A stretch of 64,000 nucleotides of DNA from a virus (Duplodnaviria > Caudoviricetes): IMG/VR virus record IMGVR_UViG_641736227_000002; one strand, given 5' to 3'. Both the position numbers and the translations under genes were made by a program. The notes under the pieces were generated by a model. The model was not told the origin of the DNA and searched no databases. It worked only from the letters and a program-made list of their open reading frames with translations. Numbering within the stretch: position 1 is the stretch's first letter; the number at the start of each line of letters is the position of its first letter. This document shows, in pieces, positions 24,591 to 35,275 of this stretch.

Positions 24591-26480
24591 TTAAGCTGTG
24601 CGTTTCCACATATAACAGGTGATATATGGCTGTAAGTTGTTATGAGCACTTCCGCTTCCGGCAGACGCTGTTGAACCGGAAATTGTATGAGAGTGAGCCC
24701 CCGCACTGGTTGTTGCCTTGTTTGTAATGGCTGTATAACCGGATGTTGCATCAATAATTACTTTATTTCCACTGCTTGCACCCCAAGTTGTCTTTTGATT
24801 CTTAAGGTTATGTGTATGTGAACCTGTTTCATTTGTTGCAAGCGTACCTTTTGCATGGGTATGTGATGGCATTTGTGCTGTCGTAAGTATTACGGTTGCT
24901 GCACCTCCGGTCTTTTCAACTGTAGCGAAATTTGTATCATTTGCATTGACACCAACAGGCACTCTTCCGGTTCCCCAGGCAGTCCATGTTCCTCCAAAAT
25001 AAGTGGACGGATTTGTGGAACTGACGCTCATATAAATACTTCCAACTGGATACATCTGTTCCATAATGAATTTTTTAAGCAGCTTTCCATAAACCTTTAC
25101 ATCCCACTTTTCAGATACTTCAAAACAGTTGTCTGTTTCAGACACCTTGCCAACGGCTACGCCTTTTCCTCCGCTTTTGAAGTCCATTACTACAGCGGCC
25201 GTTGAAACCACATCAACAACAGATATGGATGAGAAAGCATCGGTAATGGTATATCTGATTTCATATGACGTTTCTGTTGAAATACTGCCTCCGCCAAAGG
25301 TAAAGGCAGTACCGCTGCTAAATGAAACATTTGCATTCGTCCATTCTGCAGTGCCGGATTTACGGTATTCTGTTTTTCTTGTCACTGTATTCTTGCTGCT
25401 GCATGATGCAAAGCTGTAAGATAGAAGACCTCTGACATATGTTCCATCATCATTTGCAGTTCCATTGCTGGTCGCTCTCTGTGATTGATAGCTTGAAAAA
25501 CTAGGGGCAGAATAGGCAATTACTGATATCGACACGGTTTTTGCATCAGATACTCTTCCCCTTGAATCAGTGACCGTTGCCGTGAAAGTAATCGTCCCGG
25601 ACGAATTTAAAAAGCCCGTTGTAAGCGATGAAGCTGTTCCAGAATATCCACCACCACTGATGTTATAAGATTTTACCGTTGAACCATAACTTCCGGCTGC
25701 TCCTTCAATTTTTAATGTTGCCCTGGATTTTGTCTGCACATAGATTCCCCATGCTGACGGAACACTTCCATCTACTCTTGTTGCTGACAAATTGTCAATA
25801 ACAGGCTTTACCGATGCCGGAACTGTCAAAGTATGCGTACAGGTCTTTGACCCAACTTTCGTTGAGCCGCTATAGGTATCGCAAGTGATTGTGCAGGTAC
25901 CGGATATGGCAGAAGGTATTTGATTTGCTAGCGATATAGGTGGTGTCCACGATACCGATGTTGATGAAGTCTTGCTTGCAATCGTACCTGTTGCACTTCC
26001 AAATTTATAGGTCAATGTATGCGTAAAAGAAGATGATGCTCTGCTTATCGTAATTGTTGCAGCACTACCCATATTTACATTAGTCGCTGATGCCGAAGAT
26101 GCTCTGGGAATTGTATTGAGCGTATGTGTACCGCTTGCAGACACACTGACCGCATAGGAATAAACGCCCGCCTCACAGCTTAAGCTAAAGGATTTTGTAC
26201 CATCAGCGTTATGGGTAATCGTAGTTGAACCGGATGCGACTACCGTTCCGTTATACAATTTAATACGATTATCCGTTGAAGTCGAATATACCGTTGTACC
26301 ATTAATAACAGCTTTGAACCCGCCTGCCATAACCCAAGAAGTAGTACTTCCTCCCGAACCTTTTAGTGTCCAGGCAATGGTAGATGTATTCTTTTCTATA
26401 TTCTGACTGGAAAGCGTCCACGATAATGTAATGGAACGGCCTTCTTTTTGTCCTGTTGTGATACTTCCGCTTGAAGCCAT
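24591..26480 (-). CDS. DUF859-like minor tail protein with C-terminal HxH tip domain
   Basis: TIPRAS, VTDSRGR; YPVGSIYMSV..MPSHTH..HNNLQPYITCYMWKR. Confidence 0.8.
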   Translation of the reverse strand: MASSGSITTGQKEGRSITLSWTLSSQNIEKNTSTIAWTLKGSGGSTTSWVMAGGFKAVINGTTVYSTSTDNRIKLYNGTVVASGSTTITHNADGTKSFSLSCEAGVYSYAVSVSASGTHTLNTIPRASSASATNVNMGSAATITISRASSSFTHTLTYKFGSATGTIASKTSSTSVSWTPPISLANQIPSAISGTCTITCDTYSGSTKVGSKTCTHTLTVPASVKPVIDNLSATRVDGSVPSAWGIYVQTKSRATLKIEGAAGSYGSTVKSYNISGGGYSGTASSLTTGFLNSSGTITFTATVTDSRGRVSDAKTVSISVIAYSAPSFSSYQSQRATSNGTANDDGTYVRGLLSYSFASCSSKNTVTRKTEYRKSGTAEWTNANVSFSSGTAFTFGGGSISTETSYEIRYTITDAFSSISVVDVVSTAAVVMDFKSGGKGVAVGKVSETDNCFEVSEKWDVKVYGKLLKKFIMEQMYPVGSIYMSVSSTNPSTYFGGTWTAWGTGRVPVGVNANDTNFATVEKTGGAATVILTTAQMPSHTHAKGTLATNETGSHTHNLKNQKTTWGASSGNKVIIDATSGYTAITNKATTSAGAHSHTISGSTASAGSGSAHNNLQPYITCYMWKRTA

Positions 26481-26494
26481 GAATTAATCCTCCT

Positions 26495-27052
26495 TTATGA
26501 TGCCGGCCCTCTCCACTTGATTGAAAGGTTTCCGTTAGTTCTTGGTATAAAATCAAACCATCCCCTAGAGTCATTTCCAAGAGACAGCTTATTTCTAATT
26601 TCTGCATTCGTAATAACAAGACTCTGATTCGAAATGTAAGCAATCTTCTGTCCGTTCTCCTTAAAGGCAAGTTCATTATTAGAAAGCTCTGCTGTAAATG
26701 CATTACCGACTTTTCCAAGTTCAATAAGTGCTCCTTTAAATCTGATGTACTCTTCTAAAAGTTCTTGGTTTGAAGCCACGTTATTTTTAATTTCATCAGT
26801 AACAGCAGTGAAGTCCATACGAATCTCACTGCTGTTTTGTGTAATGCTTGTCTGAAAGTCCTGCTGAATTTTCTCCATATCAGATTTTTCTATATAGGTA
26901 TCCTTTACAGAACTTAATATTTCATTGGATGTTTTGGTAATCTCAGAGTAGCACTCATGCACTTGAACTTTCAGTGTTTCTACATCACCCAAGGCATCCT
27001 CATAAGCCGCAACACTCTGAAATGTATGTTGACATGATGTAAGAAGTGCCAT
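26495..27052 (-). CDS. Minor tail protein
   Basis: Coiled coil plus beta-rich C-terminus (LSNNELAF, NGNLS); lies in the tail module. Confidence 0.75.
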   Translation of the reverse strand: MALLTSCQHTFQSVAAYEDALGDVETLKVQVHECYSEITKTSNEILSSVKDTYIEKSDMEKIQQDFQTSITQNSSEIRMDFTAVTDEIKNNVASNQELLEEYIRFKGALIELGKVGNAFTAELSNNELAFKENGQKIAYISNQSLVITNAEIRNKLSLGNDSRGWFDFIPRTNGNLSIKWRGPAS

Positions 27053-27067
27053 TCAGACCACCTCCCA

Positions 27068-28882
27068 TCATTTTGAAACATCGCACTGCAATGTAAGTAA
27101 GCTGTCGATATCTTCTGCCGAAAGATAGATGACCTTACCCGTCTTGGAAAAGGTCACTTCTTTACCGTCTTTATCCTGTGCGTACCAGGTGTAAGTAAGG
27201 CTCTGCTTTTCTGTCGCATTCACCCACGTTGTTCCGTTATATTTTATCAAGGTTACTGTCTTTGCCGTATGGTCGACCTTATACCAGAACATTCCGCTTG
27301 TCGGAGTAGATGGTGCAGTTTCACTGATATTTCCGAGCAATGGATCCACTTCTTTCTGATTGGTACGAACGATAATATACGGTACTAAACCACCAAGATT
27401 ATTCTTAACTGTATACCCTCCGATAGAGAGCATCTCCGATACATAAGGGTCTGACTTATCTTCCACTGTAATAACATCAACATAATTCTTTCCGCTATAG
27501 GTCATCGTGCATCGGTAGGACTGAATATTAACGATGTCTGCTCCGCTGACAGTCAGCGTACCCACTGTTGCTCCGCTGATATTCGTCCATGAACCACCAG
27601 AGTATTTTGCCCATTGATATGTGGCACTTGTAATAACAGATGAACCCACATAGGCAGATGTTGCAAGCTGAATAGTTCCAGATTGATTCTGTACGATTGT
27701 TCCATTGGGTGCATAAACAGAAAATACAACTGCAGATGCACCATTGCTTCCTGCTTTGGATTTTGTCCATGTAAACACCTTTGTGATGGTTTTACCGGAA
27801 ATAGTGAATGTAAGTGTAATATCACCTGAAAGTACTGATGCATTTCCAAGGTCGGAGGATGCCGCTACTGATAGTTCTAACTTTCCTGCCGCACTTGCTG
27901 TAGATGCTGTATTGGTTTTGACTGTGATGCCTGCAGGAAGTGTTCCCACAGCACAAGTACAAGCCGTCTGTGTAATACCGACATATCCTGTAAAAGGAAT
28001 GGAAATCGTACTTGCAGCTGCTGTCTTTCCAGCAGAGGTACAGGCAATCGACTGTGTTTCATTTCCAAGAACAACAGATAGACCTCCTGTTCCGGCAGAA
28101 CCCGGATTACCCTTATCACCTTTAGCACCATCATAGATTTTCGTAATTGTGATAGTATCGAATACATCACTCTCTGAAGTTGTTACTCTAATCTGTGCCA
28201 CATTGTTTACAAAAATATTATGGGCAGGCTTTACTACCAATGTTCCGCCTGTAATGGAAGTATTATCGGAAGTTGTCGGATAATCCGTCCATGTTCCACT
28301 ATTGTTTTTATACTGCCATTTGGCAACAGTTACACCTTGCACCTGTGCAGTAAGTGTTGCCTGCGATGCACCAACAAGAGCCTGTGAAGTATCATACTTA
28401 AAGACATAAGTGTCACTGCTTACGGTACATAATTTTGCATTTGCCGCATTCTTCACCAAGGTATAGGTAATATCGGCAGTAATGTTTATCGTATTCTTGG
28501 TTTCAGAATCATAGTAGCTGATATAGCAGATGTAGGTAATCATGCCGGAGCTTGATGCTGACAGCTTATTCTGATTGACCGTCAATACTCCATTTTTCAC
28601 TGTTTCACCACTTGTCAATGCTGTTTCAGAAGATACACCATCTTTTCTCTTCCATGAAATCGTTACGCCGCTTGCTGTCGGAGATACATTTGTCTGGTCA
28701 AGGAACAGCACAGGTGTCAGTACAAGATTCGTGCTTGCCCAGCTAGGAGCGTAAGTATGCGGCAGTACATTTGGATCTTCACTTTGCGTCTTCGGAAGAT
28801 TGGATGTAATATATGCCGATAATTTTCTCTGATCCGTAATGTCAACAAAGGTCTGCTGACTGGATGTTAAAATGGTTGCCAT
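27068..28882 (-). CDS. Tail / host-specificity protein (Ig-like, S/T-rich)
   Basis: DGAKGDKG linker, VVLGNETQSI and YQW repeats. Confidence 0.75.
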   Translation of the reverse strand: MATILTSSQQTFVDITDQRKLSAYITSNLPKTQSEDPNVLPHTYAPSWASTNLVLTPVLFLDQTNVSPTASGVTISWKRKDGVSSETALTSGETVKNGVLTVNQNKLSASSSGMITYICYISYYDSETKNTINITADITYTLVKNAANAKLCTVSSDTYVFKYDTSQALVGASQATLTAQVQGVTVAKWQYKNNSGTWTDYPTTSDNTSITGGTLVVKPAHNIFVNNVAQIRVTTSESDVFDTITITKIYDGAKGDKGNPGSAGTGGLSVVLGNETQSIACTSAGKTAAASTISIPFTGYVGITQTACTCAVGTLPAGITVKTNTASTASAAGKLELSVAASSDLGNASVLSGDITLTFTISGKTITKVFTWTKSKAGSNGASAVVFSVYAPNGTIVQNQSGTIQLATSAYVGSSVITSATYQWAKYSGGSWTNISGATVGTLTVSGADIVNIQSYRCTMTYSGKNYVDVITVEDKSDPYVSEMLSIGGYTVKNNLGGLVPYIIVRTNQKEVDPLLGNISETAPSTPTSGMFWYKVDHTAKTVTLIKYNGTTWVNATEKQSLTYTWYAQDKDGKEVTFSKTGKVIYLSAEDIDSLLTLQCDVSK

Positions 28883-28896
28883 TTGAAAATTCCTCC

Positions 28897-30354
28897 TTAA
28901 ATTTTTACTTCACAATAAAAGGACGCATTGTCATATACGTCCTCGGTAGTAATCGTTATTTGTTTCATACCGATATGGTTCTTATCCCACTCGGCATCTG
29001 CCTCTTCATCGGAGGACTTTCTATGCCAGATAAAGCATTCTGCCGATAAAGTATCCGTTATGTCTTTATCCCAGGAATAGACCTTACACAGCATCGTGCT
29101 TTTCTGACCTTTGTTTTTGAAGATGTTTACTCCATTCACAACAAGTTCAGTTCTGTACATCTTATTTGCATTGATGGAATCAATCTCCCCATGAATGCTT
29201 TCTATCTGATAGGTCTTGCCAAGGAGGTCATCTTCCAGTGCTGAGATGTTTTTATCCTGCTTTACTGTCTGCGATGTCAATGTAATGCCGCTTGCACCAA
29301 TCGTTATTGTATTCCCAGCAGGATTTAGATAATCTCTTGTTTTGCTGACAACAAGATATGTTCCGTTTATGCCATGTGGCTTTGAGATGCATTCCACATA
29401 CATCCTTGCCCGTATATCTCCGATATCCGCACCTGCATCAGATTCATCTACAATGACAAGTTCAATGCTTGTGACTCCCTGAGTCATATCGGAAAGGCGG
29501 CTCTTTGCTTTCCTTAGAAGATTTCCGGGAAGTGTTACATCATCCCAGACTTCCGTAACCCATATCCAGCCGATTTCTTTAACGGATAGTTCATCATAGA
29601 TATAGTTCCTGCCATCATTGACAGAAGTAATATCTACCCGTTCATCTAATTCCGTTTCATTGCCTTCTTCGTCAACAACTGATTTCTTTGCTCCAAGAGG
29701 AATCAGTGCAGTCGCTCTTTCCGTATGGTCTTTGGTAATCTTGACATCAATGATGTTCTTGCCAAATTCTACGGTCTGCAGTGACTTTAATTTGAAGTCC
29801 TCAAGATAGTCAATGTACTTTCCGTCTTTTTCATATCGCACCTGCAGATAACCTCCATGTGTACCTATCAGCTTATTCTTGATAGCATCCAATGTAACGG
29901 TATAATCGGAACTGCTGTAAGAAACATAGTCATTATCATCGGTTACAGTGACATTCCCGATTTTGAACTGTTTCTGCTTTTCCACACTATTATTATGAAC
30001 GGAAATAAACTGTTCAAATAATCCTCTCAGCGTACCTTTATATGAAAAAGGTGGCTGCAAGGTATCCTTCAGATAAGCAAGTGCTGATTCACAAGTCCAG
30101 GTATGAGTGTTATAAAAATCTGAACCATCATCAAGTGCCCTTCCTTCAAATACCACCTCGTCATCCTTTTTGCACTGAATCACAGACGCCATCGGTTTAA
30201 TGGAATCAATGTACGGATGATTAAATGGGGCAGAGAGTGTAAAGCTGTCGATGTTTTCTGCATCTTCACTGACTACTGCCTGCGTAATAGCAAGTTTTGA
30301 TAAATTAGGATGATAAAAAATCTGACCGTCCACATATACTTTGAATACACTCAT
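28897..30354 (-). CDS. Tal / tail-spike protein
   Basis: Homologous to the N-terminal part of 6292..8040 (GYLQVRYE, FGKNIID, TALIPLG). Confidence 0.85.
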   Translation of the reverse strand: MSVFKVYVDGQIFYHPNLSKLAITQAVVSEDAENIDSFTLSAPFNHPYIDSIKPMASVIQCKKDDEVVFEGRALDDGSDFYNTHTWTCESALAYLKDTLQPPFSYKGTLRGLFEQFISVHNNSVEKQKQFKIGNVTVTDDNDYVSYSSSDYTVTLDAIKNKLIGTHGGYLQVRYEKDGKYIDYLEDFKLKSLQTVEFGKNIIDVKITKDHTERATALIPLGAKKSVVDEEGNETELDERVDITSVNDGRNYIYDELSVKEIGWIWVTEVWDDVTLPGNLLRKAKSRLSDMTQGVTSIELVIVDESDAGADIGDIRARMYVECISKPHGINGTYLVVSKTRDYLNPAGNTITIGASGITLTSQTVKQDKNISALEDDLLGKTYQIESIHGEIDSINANKMYRTELVVNGVNIFKNKGQKSTMLCKVYSWDKDITDTLSAECFIWHRKSSDEEADAEWDKNHIGMKQITITTEDVYDNASFYCEVKI

Positions 30355-31001
30355 AGGCATCCCTCCCTATAGCGGAATGTGGTATTGCCACTGCTTTCAA
30401 CCTTGATGCTGTTATTTCCGCGAGTTAGCTGCAGCTCCGGAATCACCCATGTACCGCTGCTCAGTGTCTTATGAAAAGTATCTGTTCCTATCTTCCATGA
30501 AAGTGCTGTATCAGCTGTTGTTATCACAGTAGGAACTACAGGCATATAATCACTTACAAGCACCACTGTTCCGCTTCCAGAAAAAACAACCTCCGTCATA
30601 TCCACATGGTATCTATAGGAATCTGCATCACTGCTTTCCATCACAAGCTGACCTTTTCCGGTAAGCGGATCATAGGAAGATGACAGCTGCAAAGTTCCCA
30701 CTGCATAAAGATTTGGTTCTTCGCTCGTCCTTACTCTACACAGTCTTCCGGCATAGCGATTACTCATCTTGGCAGTAAGTTCATCAAACTTTACTCTTGT
30801 TCCAAGCATAGAGAATGTCAAAGTAAAGGCTCTCGGTTTGAAAGATACCAAGCCAAGAGCCTCGTTAAATCGGATAGGAGAATTGCGTCCTGGTACAGTA
30901 ACCGTTTCTGCCTGTGACTGCGGTATCGGAAAATCGACCGTTTCTCTTACCCATCCATTCTTAAGCATGGATTCATCATCAATATAAATATCCGGTATCA
31001 T
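30351..31001 (-). CDS. Distal tail protein (Dit)
   Basis: Follows TMP; VPGRNS; ends YREGCL. Confidence 0.85.
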   Translation of the reverse strand: MIPDIYIDDESMLKNGWVRETVDFPIPQSQAETVTVPGRNSPIRFNEALGLVSFKPRAFTLTFSMLGTRVKFDELTAKMSNRYAGRLCRVRTSEEPNLYAVGTLQLSSSYDPLTGKGQLVMESSDADSYRYHVDMTEVVFSGSGTVVLVSDYMPVVPTVITTADTALSWKIGTDTFHKTLSSGTWVIPELQLTRGNNSIKVESSGNTTFRYREGCL

Positions 31002-34000
31002 AGTGCAAGCCTCCTTGTTATCTTCTGCTGTTTTCCAAGTCCGTCATCAATGGCCGGAAGCAAATGTCCTACAAGCGTTCCATCTTCCAGATAAATTCCC
31101 TTAGAACTATTGTCTGCAATAATGGCCAGATACTTTTCCATACCGCTCATATTCAGTTTGCTGTCAAGCATTGACTCAAGCTGTTTATAGAATCCGGAAA
31201 GCGGAAGTATCGCCTCTGCTCCTGCTTCTCCTCCCATCATAAGAGAAGAACCGTTCATGCCAAACGCAGTCGGTTTTGTCATGATACCGCCTTCCTTATA
31301 CCAATCAATTGAAAGATGCGGTACGGACGGAGGTGCAATAGAAAGCTTGCCTGTCACTTTGAAATGCGGCAGCTTAATCTTAGGAAGTGACAGTTTCATG
31401 CCGGAGAAGAATCCCTTAATGGCATCAACCACACTCTTGACTTTATTTTTTACCGCCTCAATCGGTGTAATAATAGCCGACTTGATTCCATTCCATACAG
31501 AGGTGGCAGTACTCTTGATGCTGTTAAACACAGAGGATACCGTACTTTTCACAGCATTAAATACTGTGCTGACCGTATTCTTAATAGCATTAACCGGAGT
31601 CGTAACGGCAGTCTTTATCGCATTCCATACTGTAGTCGCTGTGTTTTTGATTGCATTAAATACTGTGGTTACAACTGTTTTGATAGCATTCACCACCGTT
31701 GTCACAACCGACTTTATGGCATTCCAAACCGTAGTAAATACTGTCTTGATAGCATTCATCACGGTGCTGACAACGGACGAAACTGCATTGATTACGGTTG
31801 TAACCTTTTCTTTGATTGCATCCCAAACAGCAATAACAATTTCCTTACAGTTCTCCCAAATAAATCGGAATGGCAAAGTGATGATGTCAAATGCCGCCTC
31901 AAGGATAGATGCAATAAACATAATCCCTGTTTGGACGGTATTCTTGATGCCTTCCCATAGGTTTGTAAAAAAGGTGGAAATACCCGTCCAGATGCCGACA
32001 AAGAAATCCTTAATGCCTGTCCATACTTCATTCCACGATGTGCCAAACCATCCAAGCACTACATCTGCAATATTTCTTATTGCATTCATATAGTTGGTAA
32101 AGGTATTCTTGATGAAATCCCAAACCGAACCGAAGATGCCTTTGACACCTTCCCATACCTGCGACCAGTTGCCGGTAAAGATACCGATAAATACATCAAG
32201 GATTCCAGTGATAACTCCAAGAACACCCTCCAGAATATTGGCAATCTGCGTAAACACGCCTTCAAACACCGGAGCAAGGAAACTGCATAATGCGTTCCAA
32301 ATGGCAGATACAACTTCCTTGAAGTTCTGGAAATCAAAGCCTAATGCATTGAGTCTGTCTGTGATGCCTTTTGCAAATCCGCTGAAGATTTCTTTGATGC
32401 GATTCCAGATAGCAATAATACTGTCACGGAACTCCTCATTCGTTTTCCATAGATGGATAAAAGCTGCAACTAATGTTCCGATAATCGCCACAACTGCAAC
32501 GACAGGTGCGGAGATGCCGCCAATTGCCGCACCAACCTTTCCCATAACACCGGATAGTCCTCCGGCATTAGAAATAAGGCTTGTTATCTTCAAACCAAAC
32601 TTACTGAACGCCTGCATGGCCACACCGACTTTTGATATGACCGTTCCAAGAATTACAAGTACCGGTCCCAGTGCAGCTACAAAAAGACCAATCTTTACAA
32701 TGACCTGCCTTGTACCTTCATCAAGGTTATTCAGCCAATCTACGAAAGACTGAACCTTTGCCACGATATTCTTTATCATCGGCATGAGTGCTTCACCGAT
32801 AGAAATGGCAAATCCCTCAACTGCCGACTTTAAAATGGTAAGCTGACCTTTTAAGTTATCAAGCTGCGTATCAGCCATTTGCTGTGCCGCTCCGCCACTG
32901 TTTTCAATAGCAGTCTGCAAATCCGTCCAGGTATCCCCTGTATTGGCAAGCAGTGCATTTACTGATGAAAGATCGGTCTTATTAAAAATCTTGCTGATGA
33001 TGTTTGCTTTTTCTTCGGAGGTCATGCCATCCATTGAAGAATTCAAATCTCCAAGAATATCATTCAGACTCCTCATATTTCCTTCGGAATCATAGACAGA
33101 TACACCTAATTGATTCATGAGTTTCGATGCACCGTCAGTAGGATTTTGAAGTGAAAGAATAACGTTTCTTAAATGCGTACCACCCTCTGCACCTTTAATA
33201 CCGTTGTTTGCAAGAATACCAAGTGCAGTGTTAAGTTCTGCTGTTCCGCCTTTAACGGATTTTGCTGTAGCACCGATTGTAAGAATACCTTCACCAAGCT
33301 GACCAACGGAGGTGTTGGTAGTTGATGCAGTTTTTGCCATCTGGTCAACCATCTTGTCGGCATCTTTCACTTCCATACCAAGAGCAGACATCGCATCCGT
33401 TACCATATCCGATGCAGATGCAAGATCAATATTACCTGCTGCCGCTAAGTTAAGAACGATCGGAAGCGTGTCACACATCTGCTGTGTATCATATCCGGCA
33501 AGTGCTAAATAATTTAAAGCCTCAGCACACTCACTTGCAGAATATGCTGTTTTTGCACCCATCGTCTTTGCAAGGTCGGACAATGTATCCATTGTATTAA
33601 CAGACTGACCATTTACCTTGGACATGGAATCTTTGGTAATTCCCATCGTAGCCTGTACCTGGCTCATGGAAGATTCAAAATCAGCGGCAGTCTTTACTGC
33701 AGCACCGCCCATCGCAGTTACCGCTGCCGATGCAACAGATACTTTCTTGCCGACATTCGTAACTCCATTACCGAAAGACTCAACCTTTGAACCGACCTCA
33801 CCTATTTTTGTAAGAGTCTGATTAGTCTTAGATGCCTGGGATTCCAGTCGTTTGAGTTCTGCCTCAGTTTCTGCAATCTCTCTTTGAAGGGCATCGTACT
33901 GTTCCTGTGAAATCTCGCCTTTTTGCAGCTGTTCGTTTGCTTGCTCTGCGGCAGTTTTTAATGTAGCAAGTTTCTCTTTGGTTTCACCAATAGCCTGCGT

Positions 34001-34183
34001 TAACAGTTTCTGTTTCTGAGCAAGCAGATTTGTATTTGTAGGATCTAGTTTTAGAAGTCTTTCAACATCCTTTAATGCAGACTGCGTATTTTTAATCTGT
34101 CCGTTGACTCCCTTAAGGGCAGTCTGCAGCTTGGTAGTATCACCGCCAATTTCGACAGTGATACCTTTGATTCTGTTTGCCAT
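30998..34183 (-). CDS. Tape measure protein (TP901 family), 1061 aa
   Basis: MANRIKGITVEIGGDT, FESSMSQV, and 11-aa W/F-periodic repeats. Confidence 0.95.
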   Translation of the reverse strand: MANRIKGITVEIGGDTTKLQTALKGVNGQIKNTQSALKDVERLLKLDPTNTNLLAQKQKLLTQAIGETKEKLATLKTAAEQANEQLQKGEISQEQYDALQREIAETEAELKRLESQASKTNQTLTKIGEVGSKVESFGNGVTNVGKKVSVASAAVTAMGGAAVKTAADFESSMSQVQATMGITKDSMSKVNGQSVNTMDTLSDLAKTMGAKTAYSASECAEALNYLALAGYDTQQMCDTLPIVLNLAAAGNIDLASASDMVTDAMSALGMEVKDADKMVDQMAKTASTTNTSVGQLGEGILTIGATAKSVKGGTAELNTALGILANNGIKGAEGGTHLRNVILSLQNPTDGASKLMNQLGVSVYDSEGNMRSLNDILGDLNSSMDGMTSEEKANIISKIFNKTDLSSVNALLANTGDTWTDLQTAIENSGGAAQQMADTQLDNLKGQLTILKSAVEGFAISIGEALMPMIKNIVAKVQSFVDWLNNLDEGTRQVIVKIGLFVAALGPVLVILGTVISKVGVAMQAFSKFGLKITSLISNAGGLSGVMGKVGAAIGGISAPVVAVVAIIGTLVAAFIHLWKTNEEFRDSIIAIWNRIKEIFSGFAKGITDRLNALGFDFQNFKEVVSAIWNALCSFLAPVFEGVFTQIANILEGVLGVITGILDVFIGIFTGNWSQVWEGVKGIFGSVWDFIKNTFTNYMNAIRNIADVVLGWFGTSWNEVWTGIKDFFVGIWTGISTFFTNLWEGIKNTVQTGIMFIASILEAAFDIITLPFRFIWENCKEIVIAVWDAIKEKVTTVINAVSSVVSTVMNAIKTVFTTVWNAIKSVVTTVVNAIKTVVTTVFNAIKNTATTVWNAIKTAVTTPVNAIKNTVSTVFNAVKSTVSSVFNSIKSTATSVWNGIKSAIITPIEAVKNKVKSVVDAIKGFFSGMKLSLPKIKLPHFKVTGKLSIAPPSVPHLSIDWYKEGGIMTKPTAFGMNGSSLMMGGEAGAEAILPLSGFYKQLESMLDSKLNMSGMEKYLAIIADNSSKGIYLEDGTLVGHLLPAIDDGLGKQQKITRRLAL

Positions 34184-34291
34184 TGGCGTCTACCTCCTTA
34201 AAAATTTGCAAAATAAAAGCCCGGTATCTTCCGAGCATAAGAAGAGCACCAACCATTTCTGATTGATGCTCTTTTCGTTCATATTTAATGA

Positions 34292-34540
34292 TTAGTCAAA
34301 ATCATAAGGATTGCTATAGCACATCCAATCAAGCGGATACATAACACCATGCTCAGCTTCAAATTCTGCTTGACGCTTGGCTTGACGTTTAGCATCCTGC
34401 TTACGAGAGACTTTCTTTGTCATCTTATCATTTGACATTCTGGCCTTGTAAGCTTTGTTGTTTGGATTGTTCTGATTTGCATAATCATCAAGTTGTTGTT
34501 TTGTATGTGTCTTTGCAGACACTCCTTTTTTCTTTGCCAT
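34292..34540 (-). CDS. Moron: basic 82-aa hypothetical protein (ANQNNPNNKAY motif)
   Basis: AAAGGAG RBS, own promoter (34705-34733) and a downstream hairpin (34242-34275). Confidence 0.75.
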   Translation of the reverse strand: MAKKKGVSAKTHTKQQLDDYANQNNPNNKAYKARMSNDKMTKKVSRKQDAKRQAKRQAEFEAEHGVMYPLDWMCYSNPYDFD

Positions 34541-34704
34541 GAACGTTTCTCCTTTCTCCTTGACTCCTAATATATGATTACGCACAAGATAGCGGACACT
34601 ACGTCACCTTCTTAGCTGAATCCTGAAAAGGATTATCTCTGCATTTAATCAAAATGCAAGGTTGGAGAACAATTTTTACATCTAGTGTAAAAATCTTCGC
34701 TAAT

Positions 34705-34733
34705 ATTATATCTCCATAAGCCAAAAAATTCAA
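34705..34733 (-). promoter_or_regulatory. Promoter TTGAAT-17-TATAAT of the moron
   Basis: Read directly. Confidence 0.75.
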
Positions 34734-34737
34734 TGTA

Positions 34738-34902
34738 TTAGAACTTATCAAAATCCTCCTGCGTAGCTAAACTGTCATACTTCACGGAGTCATTTGCTTT
34801 CTCCGTCCAAATGTCCATCACCATCCCGATAGTCAGATAATCAAGGTCTGTAATCGAAATGCCAATTTCAAGGCATCTTAGCAGGAACAGGGGAGTTGTC
34901 AT
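34738..34902 (-). CDS. Tail assembly chaperone 'T' segment (not in the ORF track), reached by -1 frameshift
   Basis: MTTPLFLLRCLEIGISITDLDYLTIGMVMDIWTEKANDSVKYDSLATQEDFDKF; frame is open back to the slippery site. Confidence 0.8.
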   Translation of the reverse strand: MTTPLFLLRCLEIGISITDLDYLTIGMVMDIWTEKANDSVKYDSLATQEDFDKF

Positions 34903-35273
34903 CTCACGGCTTGAGCGTTTAAGTTTTTTTTAGAGTCAATATCAGTAATAAGATTCGTTCCCCACAAAGCAAGAATCTCCGGCAGTACCTCATAAATTGA
35001 GAACATCTCAAACTGGTCAAGCCAGTCATCAATATTATCCGGAATGGTATTATCCGCATGATATGCCATGATATATGCCACATTCTCGAAAATCTCCAAA
35101 TCGTCAATGGCAAATTCCTCTCCATCATCCTTGCTGCCTTTATATGATTTTTCAAGTTTTGCTAAGTCCTTAAAGATATCTCGTTTAAACTTTGCACGAT
35201 AAAGACGAGGCACCGTTGCAGAAGAGCGGAAAGCCACATCTTTATCTCCGATTTTAATTACTTTCTTCAGCAT
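34899..35273 (-). CDS. Tail assembly chaperone 'G'
   Basis: Between major tail and TMP; ends SKKN with TCT AAA AAA AAC. Confidence 0.85.
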   Translation of the reverse strand: MLKKVIKIGDKDVAFRSSATVPRLYRAKFKRDIFKDLAKLEKSYKGSKDDGEEFAIDDLEIFENVAYIMAYHADNTIPDNIDDWLDQFEMFSIYEVLPEILALWGTNLITDIDSKKNLNAQAVR

Positions 35274-35275
35274 GA

